DNA of 61,797 nt, filler included, from Dimargaris cristalligena (taxonomy: Eukaryota): assembly GCA_003614675.1 (NCBI GenBank). It is 3 parts of 3 records of this genome, joined end to end, with 100 filler letters (N's around TTAATTAATTAA, not from the genome) between each part and the next. Parts side by side here need not be neighbours in the genome. Positions count along the whole stretch, not along the records: positions 41,287 to 61,797 come from ML002696.1; 2 more parts are not named here. One strand, written 5' to 3'. Within the stretch, counting starts at the first letter, position 1; each line of letters begins with the position of its first letter. This document shows positions 48,144-60,300 of the stretch, piece after piece. The notes beneath the pieces were generated by a model. The model made no database searches. It saw only the letters and a list, made by a program, of their open reading frames with translations, and had not been told where the DNA came from. The translations under genes were made by a program, and so were the position numbers.

Positions 48144-51100
48144 ACTCATCATTCAGGATCGTCTCAGCCAGGTACACAGTTGAATACTCTTCCCCCATTA
48201 TCTAAACCACAACCACAACCATATCCCGTTCCAGTCTCCTCTATTTAGCCGTCTGCAATGATTCACTGCGCGCTAACCTTTTTATTTCATTAAGTGCGCC
48301 CAGCCCCCCCCCCCCCTGACTCGTGTACTTCATTCTCCCCCATACTGCCATGCCATTCGCTGGCATTAGAACCTGGAATACCCTAGTCTAACGCAGGCTG
48401 TTCGGAGTAGGCCACGTAGCCTGATTAGGAGGGACTAGTTCTCTAGTCGGGCTGAGAATAGGCCGACGGAAGATGCAAGGTCGAGCGACGAGATATACTC
48501 CGTGGGTGTGGATTTTTCCCTGGAAAGGTGCAGGAGCCAAAGTGCTACCCAGTAAATATTCAGTCTGTTTAGCAACAAGCGAATGGGGGCCGGTGTGTGG
48601 GAGGGAAACAGACTGGGAAAGGGAAGGGGGCGCGTGTTACTCGATATTAATTTCTCCATCCCGTAGTTTGCGACCAGCTGCTGGTCGATGGTGGGTGAAC
48701 CCTGACGGCCCACTCATCCAAGTCCCACGTCAACCCATGACTTAGTTAGCCAAGTGGAGTGGTGGGAGGGACTGCTCACGTCTAACAATGGGCGAACGAT
48801 GCCAAGTATAACAACGGCCCCTTATAAAGACCATTCCAAGCTACACCAGGGCCAACCCACCGGTTCGATCTAGGCGTCGCTTGGTCTTTGGCCGGTCGTC
48901 GAAGCTAACCCTAAGCTACACACCTTCCTTTTCATTTCACCATCGGTAAGTCAACGATATTGGTAGATTTAGGGGGTGAATAGAAAGGCTAATGCCTCTT
49001 CGATACACTAGGAAATGGCTTGGTTTCAACAGGTTTTACATCCCCAACCGCCCAGTTGGTGTCAGCATTACATGATTTGCCCCAAGTGGCGAGGATGGAC
49101 CTGATGACCTTCAATGACCTGCGACTTGGGAGGTTCCGCCCTGTCATTCACTCATGCCCCCTCCCTTCTACCATGAAATCCACCCTGAAACACTTATTAA
49201 CTGGAGCGGGGGCAGTGTTTGCGGGGGGTCTCGCTTTAGGATAGGCTGGCATGGTCAACTGTATTCGCAAAAGTACTGTGGTGATGTGGCCCTAGCAACG
49301 ATTTCTAAACGCAGATAATAAGCCTGGGCCGACGATCCAGCCTCAGTGCTGTATATCCTTGTATAATTCAGCTCCATCAAAAAAAAAATAGCACCCACTT
49401 AAACAAACCTACTGGGACAGAGCGGTGCCAATTCCTTTCCTTTGGGCCACCGTCACCCTCTCCGGTTCTAATTGTTTCCAAAAATACCAAAACAACAGGT
49501 TCGCCGGCTCCAACACGTATAATAAGAGCTATACTGAGGTTTAACATGACGCTGGCCCTGGGAAGGCCGAATTGCTTTAGTGAATAAATAGGATACCTAT
49601 GGCTTGGATTACTGTATTCAGTCCCCCGTCTCCTATTTGGCAGCCGTGGTGCTCCGAAACTGCCCATCTGCTACCGCGGTCGGACTGGGATGTTCTATTT
49701 TTTTTTTTGGCTGTAGGCTGGTTCGCAATAGGCCAATCCATGTAGCCCTTGGAGCACGCGTCGCTCCTTCGAGCAAGCTAGTTCGTGGAAGCCGTTACTG
49801 GATCGGCCGAGTTGAAGGGTCGCACAAAGAGAGAAAGCTTCGCGACGATTGTTTGGGGCTCCACTCCAAAACTCCATGACTATACGTCATCTTCTCGAGA
49901 CCCAAAAGCTAAGATTGGCCAAAAACGGCAGATAGGGCGGGAGCATCTGACCAATTTTCTCCCTCGGGCCGGCATTTGACCAAATGGGGGGTCTGGGGTC
50001 TCTCTGGGACTGAATAAAATACCACTTGGGCAAGGCAGTGCTTGGGTATGAGGTCAATTGGTAAATTTATATAATCATATGGCCATTGCAGCGCATGGGC
50101 TATTAATACAGTATAATGGCGTACTGCGTCACCCGCGGCAGTGCCCTCTCTCTCCTCTAGGCAGAGCGGATACAATATATCCACTCCCCACATATAATCC
50201 CACCGACCTATCTACGGCTTTTGCGGGGGATTGTAAAACCACCCATGCCCAGAATAGTTCCCCTCAGACTCATGGGAAAGGCAGTCCTATAGAATGCCCA
50301 GATTTCACAGTGGGCCGCTCAATGACCATGTTGGCTGGCCCTTGTCAGGGTGTGGGAAATGTTATCTGAAATTGACCCAACCATGCTGGCGCATGGTATT
50401 GTCGTGCCCATCAGGTGGAAAAGGGGGTCGTTTCGGTGTAGCTCAAAGCCGTATAAGGGTGTGGAAAGGTGCTGTTGGAGTCGCCTAATAGAGCTGGTGT
50501 TGAGGGCTCACTCACTTGATTCGCCGTAGCTCGAAGGTTTGGCACTGGCAACGATTGGTACTGGTGTAGTAGCTTCGCTCCCCAGCTTTGGAGGGGACGG
50601 CCCAGAAGTTCATTCGTATCCAGTAACATTTACATTACACTAAACCTGATGGATTCGATTTGATTCCGGTCACCCAAATATGGCGACCAAAGGCGGACGG
50701 AGAACCTAAGCTGACGGGTGGGTCGGGGTAGTTCTAGTAGTTACCCATTGATGTCCCCATCGCTATGGGAGACCTGGTGGGGGCTCTATTTAGGATTTAT
50801 TTATAGCTTAAGTGATAACTATCAAACCACCGGATCCGGCCATCTTCATATATGAATGGATAATCAAGCCAATATCGGCGAAGTTGTAGAACGGACCGGG
50901 AAATCCCGAACTGATTGAGACGGCAGGCCCAGTCGGATATTAAATGGACTGAACTTCGCACCGACGCACACATGCGAGCCTCTTGCCTTTTTCGAACAGC
51001 TTGGTGACGGGCTTGTAGGCATCGGCCAGGAACCTACACGCACCTACCACAAAACTCCAGTGTACCGCAGTTTCCTGTTAGTAAAAAGACCGTGGTCCTT

Positions 51101-51332
51101 AATGGGGTGGCTGGGTTGAATGGTGTGGTTTTGATTGCATGAACTTACCTCACAAGTGGGACGACTTCTGAAGATTGAGCGATTCTCCCTCTCAGATACC
51201 CGATAAACTTTCCCACAGGGGCGTTTCTTCCCCACAGCCAAGGAATAGAAGATACCTCCCCACACAGCCCGCCTAGGCGGGGTTCCCAACTACCTTTCTC
51301 CCCGCAACCGTACACGCCCCCATTCGTTCACC

Positions 51333-53438
51333 ATGCCCCCCATTCGAACCCAAGCAGCCCGTTGGTCGCCCGTGCTCCAGGATGTCTTCGACCCGATAGA
51401 CTGGACTCCGCCCAAAACTGTGAGCCTATCGACTCCGAACCCGTTCGGCACAACTCCGACCCCTTTGTTCAACTCGGCGCCTCCTATTCCCAACTCCTAC
51501 CCCACTCCGCCGAGGGAGTCTCATACACCATGGCTGAAAACTTCTCCGACCGCCCCAGTCCGCCCCTCGCTTGCCCCTTACAACCTCTCCGCCGTCTACT
51601 CGTCCTTGGGCAAGGACCCCCCCGGCCCGGTGATACAGAAGCACGTGCTCACCCCGCCTCGGCCCCCGCCTTTAACTGCCCCACCCGCCAACGGACCTGC
51701 CACCCCGGGTATTCACCGCATCTACTGGATGCCGCCTCCGAACTGCCATTTCTACCAACTATCCGGTCCCAGGTACCACCGCCTCCGGGAAATCCAAGCC
51801 GCCTCCGGTGTCAAACTCTGGTACGATGCCAGTGATCGCCATGTCCGCATCGAGGGCACCGCCAAGGGCGCTAAGCTGGCGCGCAAAATGTTGGCAAATC
51901 TGGTCATATCCCAAATCCCGAAAACCGCGGTTGAAAATGGTCTCACCAGGAAGGTCCAGCCCCAGCCCCAACCCTGCCCGCAACCCCTGGCGAAACAGCC
52001 CCGGACCGGCATGGTCTATTCGGGTAGCATTCAGGCGAACCTTCCTCTCCCTTTGCGACAGGGTGACGTTGAGCTACTTTGGGGCCCCAACAATGGCGTC
52101 CATGCGCAGGTTATTGCCAAACAGTACCAGTGCCATATTGCCATCGACCCACAGCAGGGCACGCTCCAGCTGTCAACGACTGACAAGACTGGTATACACC
52201 GGGCCTTTACCCGTATCCAGCAACTCCAGGCCGTAGGCACCTACCTTCTCAATCCCGACGAGAACCGACTGTGTCTGCTCGACCCTCCGGCGGTACCCAT
52301 TGACTTGGAATTCGTTCGCCCCGATTATGTTATCCGGGCGTATCCCCATCGCCGCGCCGAAGTGGATAATCCCGAACTGCGCATCCTACGACCGGTAGCC
52401 GAACCCGACATCTACATCTCGGAGTGCAATAATACTCCCGACCAGCGGGTGGCTAATATCATCGCCAACAATAAGGCGGCGTTATACGAGGCCCTTACGA
52501 GTGGGCTGGAGCAGATTCGGGCCTTCCACGGCCAGGTAAGTCTGAAGCTCTGGTTCGGCCAAGTGGGGTTTACCAGCTACCCGCTTAACGTCGCAATCGA
52601 CTCTACGAAAATGGCCGAGCGTATATTGCCCGACCGGCGCATCAACTCCCTATTCTGTCGCGACATCTCGTATGAGCCGACGACTGCTCACCGCCTCCTG
52701 TCCCGGATCCGTCAGTTTGCCACTCCGAAAAGCCGAGATCCGCTCCCTTCCCACTACAACGTGTACTGCCAAAACCACGATCTCAGGACCGTCGAGGCCG
52801 AGGGACACCCGCCCATCTTCATCATCAACCCCACCTTTGAAGCAACCGGCACTACAAGAGTCACCTACCAAGACCCATCCCGTTGGGCGGCTTGGGTACC
52901 GCCCGTCACCCTCGTGGACGGGCATTGCTGTGCCCCTTCGGGCCTTATGGATTGGCAGGTGGGCCTCGAGACTCAACGCAAACTGAGTGTGCAATCGGAC
53001 ACGCCCCAGGCCCAAATCGCCCGGTGCCTTGCTCTGACGGACGGGAGGCTGCAGTTCCGCCACAACGCAACCACCCTGGTGATGGCCGTCCGACACGAGC
53101 TGCGCATGGTTTATCAGTGGGGGGACTGGACCATCCAGATCTCGCTGCTGGAATGGTGGGATTCGCTGGCCCACCCCGTCAGTGGCTACTTGGCCACCAT
53201 GCAAAGCCAAACTCTGGCGGCGGTGCCGGACTTTACAACGTACTCCGTCTCCCTTTCGCACAAGCAGTGGGCAGCGGTCTCCGAACAGCACTTCACCTCC
53301 GAGTTGGGGAACCATGTTGCATATGAACCTAGCGGCGTGGTATCCAAGGCCTGCCTTACTGAACTTTGGGCGCGCGCTCGGTTCCTTGGCGAAATCATCC
53401 GTGAAGAATCGGAGAAAGTCCGGGCCTATGCGGAATGA
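51333..53438 (+). CDS. Uncharacterised 701-aa protein with a Pro-rich N-terminus, two KH-like segments and a beta-rich C-terminal domain
   Basis: Single long ORF; KH-like patterns LSGPRYHRLREIQAASGVKL..VRIEG..AKLARKML and LWGPNNGVHAQVIAKQYQCHIAID..LQLST..RAFTRI. Confidence 0.7.
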   Translation: MPPIRTQAARWSPVLQDVFDPIDWTPPKTVSLSTPNPFGTTPTPLFNSAPPIPNSYPTPPRESHTPWLKTSPTAPVRPSLAPYNLSAVYSSLGKDPPGPVIQKHVLTPPRPPPLTAPPANGPATPGIHRIYWMPPPNCHFYQLSGPRYHRLREIQAASGVKLWYDASDRHVRIEGTAKGAKLARKMLANLVISQIPKTAVENGLTRKVQPQPQPCPQPLAKQPRTGMVYSGSIQANLPLPLRQGDVELLWGPNNGVHAQVIAKQYQCHIAIDPQQGTLQLSTTDKTGIHRAFTRIQQLQAVGTYLLNPDENRLCLLDPPAVPIDLEFVRPDYVIRAYPHRRAEVDNPELRILRPVAEPDIYISECNNTPDQRVANIIANNKAALYEALTSGLEQIRAFHGQVSLKLWFGQVGFTSYPLNVAIDSTKMAERILPDRRINSLFCRDISYEPTTAHRLLSRIRQFATPKSRDPLPSHYNVYCQNHDLRTVEAEGHPPIFIINPTFEATGTTRVTYQDPSRWAAWVPPVTLVDGHCCAPSGLMDWQVGLETQRKLSVQSDTPQAQIARCLALTDGRLQFRHNATTLVMAVRHELRMVYQWGDWTIQISLLEWWDSLAHPVSGYLATMQSQTLAAVPDFTTYSVSLSHKQWAAVSEQHFTSELGNHVAYEPSGVVSKACLTELWARARFLGEIIREESEKVRAYAE

Positions 53439-54322
53439 CGTTCTTCTGCCTAGCCGTTTGTTTGTCCTTCTATCAATCCATCTACCTATATGTATATATA
53501 TAACCCTTGTGAAATCGACTATCAATTACATCGGTCCATCCGCGACCCTTTGCAATTTTTTGTAAATTGCTATAGTCTAGCCTCCTTGTATCTATTGCTA
53601 GCGCGCATCGGCATACCTGGCACGCCAATTCATTAAATATACTGCACATTTAACCGTATCATTTTAGTACTTACGAGATTGGCGATATCTTACATTTTAT
53701 GTATGGAAATAATAGGTGGCTATTGAAGAGCCACTTGTAATGTATGTGTCGGAGGCCTTTCAGATGAAGTAGAGTTTTATTTAAAGTGAATCTAAGGCAG
53801 GCGACCTTTTGGTCATAATTGCTATCCACAGGGAACATGATAATGGGTAATTTGGTCAAATCGGAGGCCTTTCAAAGCCAAGTGCACTATTACCAGTTTG
53901 AACTAGCTGGTGCTACAGTATTTGCCCCGAAACCGAACATAGCACTGGGTTTATATCCAGGTTATTTGGGCACATTTCTATTTGTGACGTGAAAGTTGCT
54001 GACTGATGGAGAACACCACCTTCCGCTCCCAGGACTGCGGATCCCAAGCCTGTGGTTAGATGGTCAGGAAGCTACCCATTAGCCCTCCGCTGTAAAAGCC
54101 TACTTACTGGAGCCATCGGAATTTCTCCAACTTTGCTGGCCCCAAGGCCCACCCCCCCCCTTTTTACCCCAATTCACTCGTTCATCTTTGCCCATTGTAC
54201 TAATTGAGTCGGCTGTTGCGATTTATTTGGTTACCAGCTGGCGTCAACGCAAATCGCATATGTGAAGGGCCATCCCATTTACTTTCCCTCCTTCCCTCCC
54301 CACCCCATTCCCACTGGCCCCA

Positions 54323-56515
54323 ATGACCACGAATCCACCCCGTTCCCGCTTTCTGTATGCCGCCGGCCTGGCCTGCGCCATTCGCCTGGGCCTTTACTAC
54401 CTGTCCCCCGAACTCACCCAAACCCTGGGCCAGCGCATCGAATTCGTAACCCCCTTGACGAGCTTCAAGCGAATGACCGAGGGCCTTCACCTCCATGCGG
54501 CCGGGTTCGATCCCTACGACGGCAATCTCTATTTCCAGCCCGCCCTCTACCTCCCGCTATTCCAGGCCCTTCGGACCCTGCCCCCGGTCTTTACCATGGT
54601 CTTTTTTATGGCTATGGACGTGCTCGTGGCCTACCAGTTGGTCTGGATAGCCGCTAATAAGTTCCGGCGCACTTCGACCCGGGTGGTAGGCGATAAGACC
54701 CCCGCGGACCCATCCTGCAATTTTCCGGAAGATATCAATTTGCCGCTTCAGCCTGAATCGCTCGCATTCTTCTATTTACTTAACCCCCTGACTATCTTGA
54801 GCTGCTTGGCACAATCGACGCTTATTATTAATTCGTTCGCTATTGTAACGGCTCTCCGTAGGGCTCTCGAAGGTGCGTTACCTCAAGTCACCCAGTCTTC
54901 TCAGATGGTGAATTTCTAGTTGTTGCCCCGCTACCAGAACCTGTATTCCGCCTTTTATAATTAGAATCATAACACTGCCGACTCACTGATTGTCTAACTC
55001 CAATTCACTTCTTCCGTACTCTTCCATATAGGCCGTCTCATCCAGTCCATGTTTTGGATCGCTGTAGCGTCCTACATCAGTTTTTACCCCATTATGCTCT
55101 TATTCCCCATCGGCGTCCTATTGATTAATAATCAGCCTAACTACAAGGTAACTGCCACGCGTACTAGTTTGATTATGGGTACCACACATGTCTACTGGTA
55201 TTAGTATTGTAGATATATACCCATGACCACTTTTCATAGCTAACTGTTTCCGAAAATTATGATTCGCTGCCTTTAATTCTTAGCCCATTTTAATGCGGAG
55301 TCTGGGGGCCTTTGCTGGATCATTGGTAGGCCTTCTAAGTCTCTCGTACATGGTCGTGGGCTCATTCGCCTGTCTAACCTCGCCACTGAATGTCATGTAA
55401 GTATAATTGAAAGATAATATGAGAAACCAACCCAAAATTATCTACAATTGGGCGAGGGTCTGTGCCAGATATTGTACTGCCGGAGCCAGGCGAGTTTGTT
55501 TGGCCGCTTAAACAGTTCTAGTTAAACATCGGCAACTGCCTGTTGCATTGGTACAATTGGGCTAACTTGATTTTTGCTGCATCTACTTTTGATCATACAC
55601 ACCGAATCATCCCGGTCACGCAAAGATTGTTGGTGACTGACTTAACACCTAACCTGGGTGTATATTGGTACTTTTTCATCGAGATGTTTGACCATTTCCG
55701 GTCATTTTTCTTGATTGCGTTCCAAATGCACACCTTCATCTTCGCCATTCCTGTGACCATCCGATTCAAGTAAGTGCGGATTGCCTTCGATTGAAGCTTT
55801 CACCTTGCCTGGCATATCTTTTCGTATTTAGTATATGGCTTGTCACCGCCAGAACATTTTGTCGTATGTGTAATATCGGGCCATCGCACTAGTAGGTCAA
55901 TTTCGAAAGCATTCTTTTTTATTCAGTCTAACACCTTTGCTTATTATACTGATATACCATTTGTTCATTGGCCATTTATTAGGAACCAACCACTCTTTGC
56001 TGCAATTATCATTTTGGGGATTATGACCCTGTTCAAATCGTACCCTTCCATCGGCGACATGTCCCTACTGCTGGGGCTTATCCCGCTATATCACGAATTA
56101 TTTAAATGTTAGTATTTGATATATGTCTGCCTTTTATTATCGAAACCACCTAATTCTCTGGTCTATAATCACTCATCAATCCAATAGTGACTTCAGGCAT
56201 ATTTAGATCGACTAACCAATTTTTATTAATTATATTGCCCATATTCTACGTATGCCTTTAACAATTCGGCTACCAGACATGCGCTATGGCTTTGTGTTGA
56301 TCAACGCCATGATTTACGCACTAGTCCTCGCCCCCCTCTTTTGGCATTTGTGGATATACCAAGGCTCAGGTAACGCCAACTTCTTCTATGCCGCCACCCT
56401 GGTCTATGCCGCCTCCCAGATCCTGCTGGTAGTTGATTTGACCAAAGCCCAAATCAAACGCGAGCTCAACCGACAATACCCAGCGGTTCGCGACAAGTTA
56501 GTCGTCCAAGAGTAG
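54323..56515 (+). CDS. GAB1: GPI transamidase subunit PIG-U/Gab1, 6 exons, 428 aa
   Basis: Exons 54323-54872, 55032-55147, 55284-55396, 55626-55769, 55983-56107, 56277-56515; motifs RIEFVTPLTSFKRMTEG, YLLNPLTILSC, DLTPNLGVYWYFFIEMFDHFR, FKSYPSIGD, HLWIYQGSGNANFFYA. Confidence 0.95.
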
Positions 56516-56692
56516 CCAACTGGAAGATGCATACATCGCTATCGAAGCTATATTCAACTCAAGGATTGTTGGCCCCTTTTTAAACGATGGAATTATGACA
56601 ATCCATGGCCCACTTTAGTGTAATAAAATATATATATATATAACTAGGCTAATAGAAGTTCGCCCCAGTATGGGGTAGGGAAGCACCGGGAT

Positions 56693-57273
56693 TTATCCCC
56701 GGTAGGTGGGCTGCGGCTGGGTATATACCATGGGCCGACCGTAGGCGTCGTAGGCGGGCTGGTACATGTTGGGAGGAGCACCCACCGCGGGCTGGGGTAA
56801 GCCCTGGTTAAGAGGACCGCGCTTGCGGTATTGCTGTTGGGATGTTGACAAAGAGTGTGTTTATAATTGGTGCAATGGCATAGTGAGGAATAAGGACAGG
56901 CGAGGACAACAGCCGGCCATTAAATTATACCATATAAGTAGTAACTCTAGTGCAAGACTGGTTTTCGGCAAATAAATAACTATCATCAACTCCACCTATT
57001 TTTACACAATCAAGAAGGTCCAAATATTATTTTCTTTGATTCCTTATTTTTTTAGGGAATAGCGGGACTTACATAGTAGAACGAGGCGCCCAGGATAATC
57101 CAAAACCCGAAGCCGAAACCCACATAGTAAAGGTACTTCTTCTTGGGGCGGAATATAAGGCCAAGGATGCCCACCACGAGGGCGGCGACGCTGAAGAACA
57201 GGAGCATGCCCAGAACGACGTTGCGACCCCGATTCAGGGTGCTCTTTTGGGTGAGGTTTTTAAAGTGGTCCAT
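56693..57273 (-). CDS. Small two-TM membrane protein with Pro/Tyr/Gln-rich tail, 2 exons, 113 aa
   Basis: Exons 57273-57073 and 56833-56693 joined by a phase-0 GTAAGT..CAG intron; two hydrophobic helices, then QYRKRGPLNQGLPQPAVGAPPNMYQPAYDAYGRPMVYTQPQPTYRG. Confidence 0.75.
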
Positions 57274-57325
57274 GGTGATATTCGACGATTACTCTTGGGA
57301 ATATAGAGTTGCAAAAATGGGAGAT

Positions 57326-57349
57326 GATATATATATATATATATATATA
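57326..57349. repeat. (TA)n microsatellite
   Basis: Run of TA dinucleotides just upstream of the two-TM gene. Confidence 0.9.
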
Positions 57350-60300
57350 ATCAGGAGGTGGAATGGCCCGGATTGAAATAGCAAAAGTAAGTATGGTTCA
57401 GCGGTGAAAGATGTAAGAATAAGTAAGTTTGAAAGGCGACAGGATGCCCCACCGTTTAATAGCTGAGCCAGTGGCATGACTCTAGCCGCCCTTAAGCACC
57501 ACCATGGCAAGACCTCGACAGGGCGGAGGATAAATGCTATTGTTATGACAAATATCTTGGCAATGCTCCCGCTAAGGGTGATACGGCGACATCCCGTACG
57601 ACCATCAAGGGAGGACTCGGGAGACGAGCATGTCCAAACCTATTGGTGTTTACGTGTAAAAGGGGCGTAGAACGGAGCAAAAGAGAGAAATACGGAGAGA
57701 GAGAGAGAGTACACGATGGGCCTCGGAAGCCTCTTCTGCTCTGGAGAGGGTACGCTGGACGGAGCTCTATCTGGGCTGTCGAGGAGCCAAGCCTTCTATT
57801 TACCCGACGTCAATGAATACATGTATATACGGGTGCCCTTTGGACGAGGTGGTTTTAATCTTGGTGTGTCCGGAGCTCGTTGGTGTTTTGATATATCTTC
57901 TGTCCTTCAGACAATAAAGTGAATCTACTAAGCATGCAGGCGTTAAAATGACCCAAATATTGTGGCAATGTACGACGTAAGGTAGGACTCGCACCACCTT
58001 GATTCGTCACCACTGCCATTAGCCGATGATAATCATGGCAATTGGGCCCTAAGAGAAGTAGCGAAAAAAAATACGGCAGCGGTTGGCCTTGCCATGGACA
58101 GACCCTCTTTATTCTTGCCTGTTACATAATAACTATGACCAATTTAATGTCATTGCAATCGGCCAACTCAGGCTGAGATGGTTTACGTAAGAATGCCTTA
58201 ATCAAGCACTGACCCTGCCAAACCCGAGAGAGTAAATAGCCAATATATCATTATCCCTTTTTAGCTGGAGTGGACGCAGCAATCCCCTGAAGAGTACTTG
58301 CAGGTATTTCGATGGAAGAATCCGTGTATTTCACCGCACAGTAATTACGGAAGCCCGTCTCACCGACTGCTTGTACGAGGGGTGATTTACCGTGGCTACT
58401 CTCGTTACTCTGATATTTTCACAACTGGCGGCCGGGTTTCTTCTTTTGGAACCCCGCACACTAGTGTTTGATGCAGCAACGGGTTTTCATGGACTATGCC
58501 CACTCGATTTTTGTACGAGTTAACTCTCATCCATACCGCCACCTCTGCGCTATTCGAGTATGTTGAGGGACTCTAATTGACAAAAGGTGGGATAAAAAGC
58601 CATGGCATGAACCCGTTATGATAAACAGTGAATGCTGAATATACGGCCCCAAAGTGGAAAATTGCAGCCCCTTGAATAGAAGGGCCTTGGTAAGATTAAT
58701 TTACAGTGATTTTGTCGATGTGACTTGTGGCAAAGTAGTAATCCCCCTCCCACCTATCCGCTGCTGTATGAAGTCATGACAATGCTTTTATATATCATGC
58801 GACATTAAGTCAGCGTATATATCATTTCACTGGATAATCCGTATAACCCAAGGTAGCTTGGTGGGCATATCGCGCGGATCCATCCGAGCCCCAGAGGTAT
58901 GGTTCGTAGGATGTTCTTTAATACCACCCCACCACGGCAACGGAATGAATAAAGCACAGGTTGACAGTCACGGTGGTGATTCTTTTTTAAAGTAGTATGA
59001 AGCTGAATAAGGCCAATAAGAACACCATCGACGAGCAGAAGGACCCGCCCCCTAAAGGAGACGGACCCCACACCCCGTCTTGCTGCACGAGGACTCCACG
59101 CGAATGCAATATCCAGGACGGTGTGGATATGGGGCAGGCTTGCTGTGGGGATGGTTTCCACGCGATGCCACGTGCAGCCGCGGGTGTACAATAGGGGGGA
59201 ACTATACTCCTAATTTGATAAATCTGGTATCAAGGGGAGGGGGGGAAGTAAAGATCTGAGTTGGCCAGTGGTGTTCATGTAAGAGTGTGAATCATGATCA
59301 GACAGATATGGTTCAAGGATTTAGAAGAGGATGGCGCCAACCCCCCAGGGGAATGGAAGGCATAGGTCTTTACGGGTGCATTTGGTCGATGGTCGCGATG
59401 TATGTGGGTGAAATTCGGCCCAGCTGTATAAGGTTTTAAATGATAACTGTATGGAAGATTTATTTTTAACCAGCAATATTTGCTTCATCCAATGGATTTT
59501 TCGTTATACAGCTCGGTTGAACCTCTCCCATGTTTATGGAGCGGAAGAGAATATGGCCGGCCGAGATTGCTGGCCGGATGTACAAGGGTCAACCAATAAT
59601 GGCCGGGTACTGTATAACGACCGGCCAGGCGACAACCAACCATTACAGCTCCATGCGCCGTTTACATGATCATTGTACTCAGATGAAGAATGGGCTGGGC
59701 TTTATTCGTCACCCTCGTCTCCTTCGAAGGGGTGGTAGTTGGCTGGTCTGCAGGATGAAGTACCTTGGATGCCCTTCTACCCTTCCATTGTTGTATCCTC
59801 CCACCATTAATATAGCCAAGTGGAATCGACTCCTATTCTGGGATACGGGAAGCCTAGTGGCTGATTGTCCCTTATATTTACGGTAATCGAGCCATCTCTC
59901 TCCATTCTCTTCACGAAAATGGTCTCGTTGGTGGCCATTGAAGGGGTGGGCCGGCCGTGGTCTTCTTCCCGAACCACGAATGGCCCGTCCCAGCGAATAA
60001 TGGAAGCAGCGTGGGGGACCCGGCTCCTTCTCAATTAGGGTTAATCATGGTGGAGGTAAAGATGGCCCACAGTGGGGCCGATTGGTTCCTTGAAGGGAGA
60101 GTCGCTTGATTAATGGGGATGGGCAGTATCAATTCGGCCGAAAATCCCCATCCATCAGCCTAAGATTGCCAATATATCAGCAACGTGGCCAACGGCAAAT
60201 GTAACATGCCCTACACTCCGACGCACAGGAGGGAGGGAACTTACCCTTTCCCCCCTCTCGCACATGGCCCAACTGGCCAATCCCCAAGGAGATTCCCCCC

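Noticed and set aside
5756-56515. Apparent functional clustering of ER/GPI genes (CDC1, DNAJC3, TLC, seipin, PIG-U) and translation factors (eRF1, eIF1A, eIF3d)
   Set aside because: Genes are interspersed with unrelated ones and lie on three separately assembled pieces; no shared regulatory motif seen.
58997-59194. 65-aa ORF with two CC pairs (metallothionein-like?)
   Set aside because: Only 5 Cys, no clear promoter or codon bias; indistinguishable from a chance ORF.
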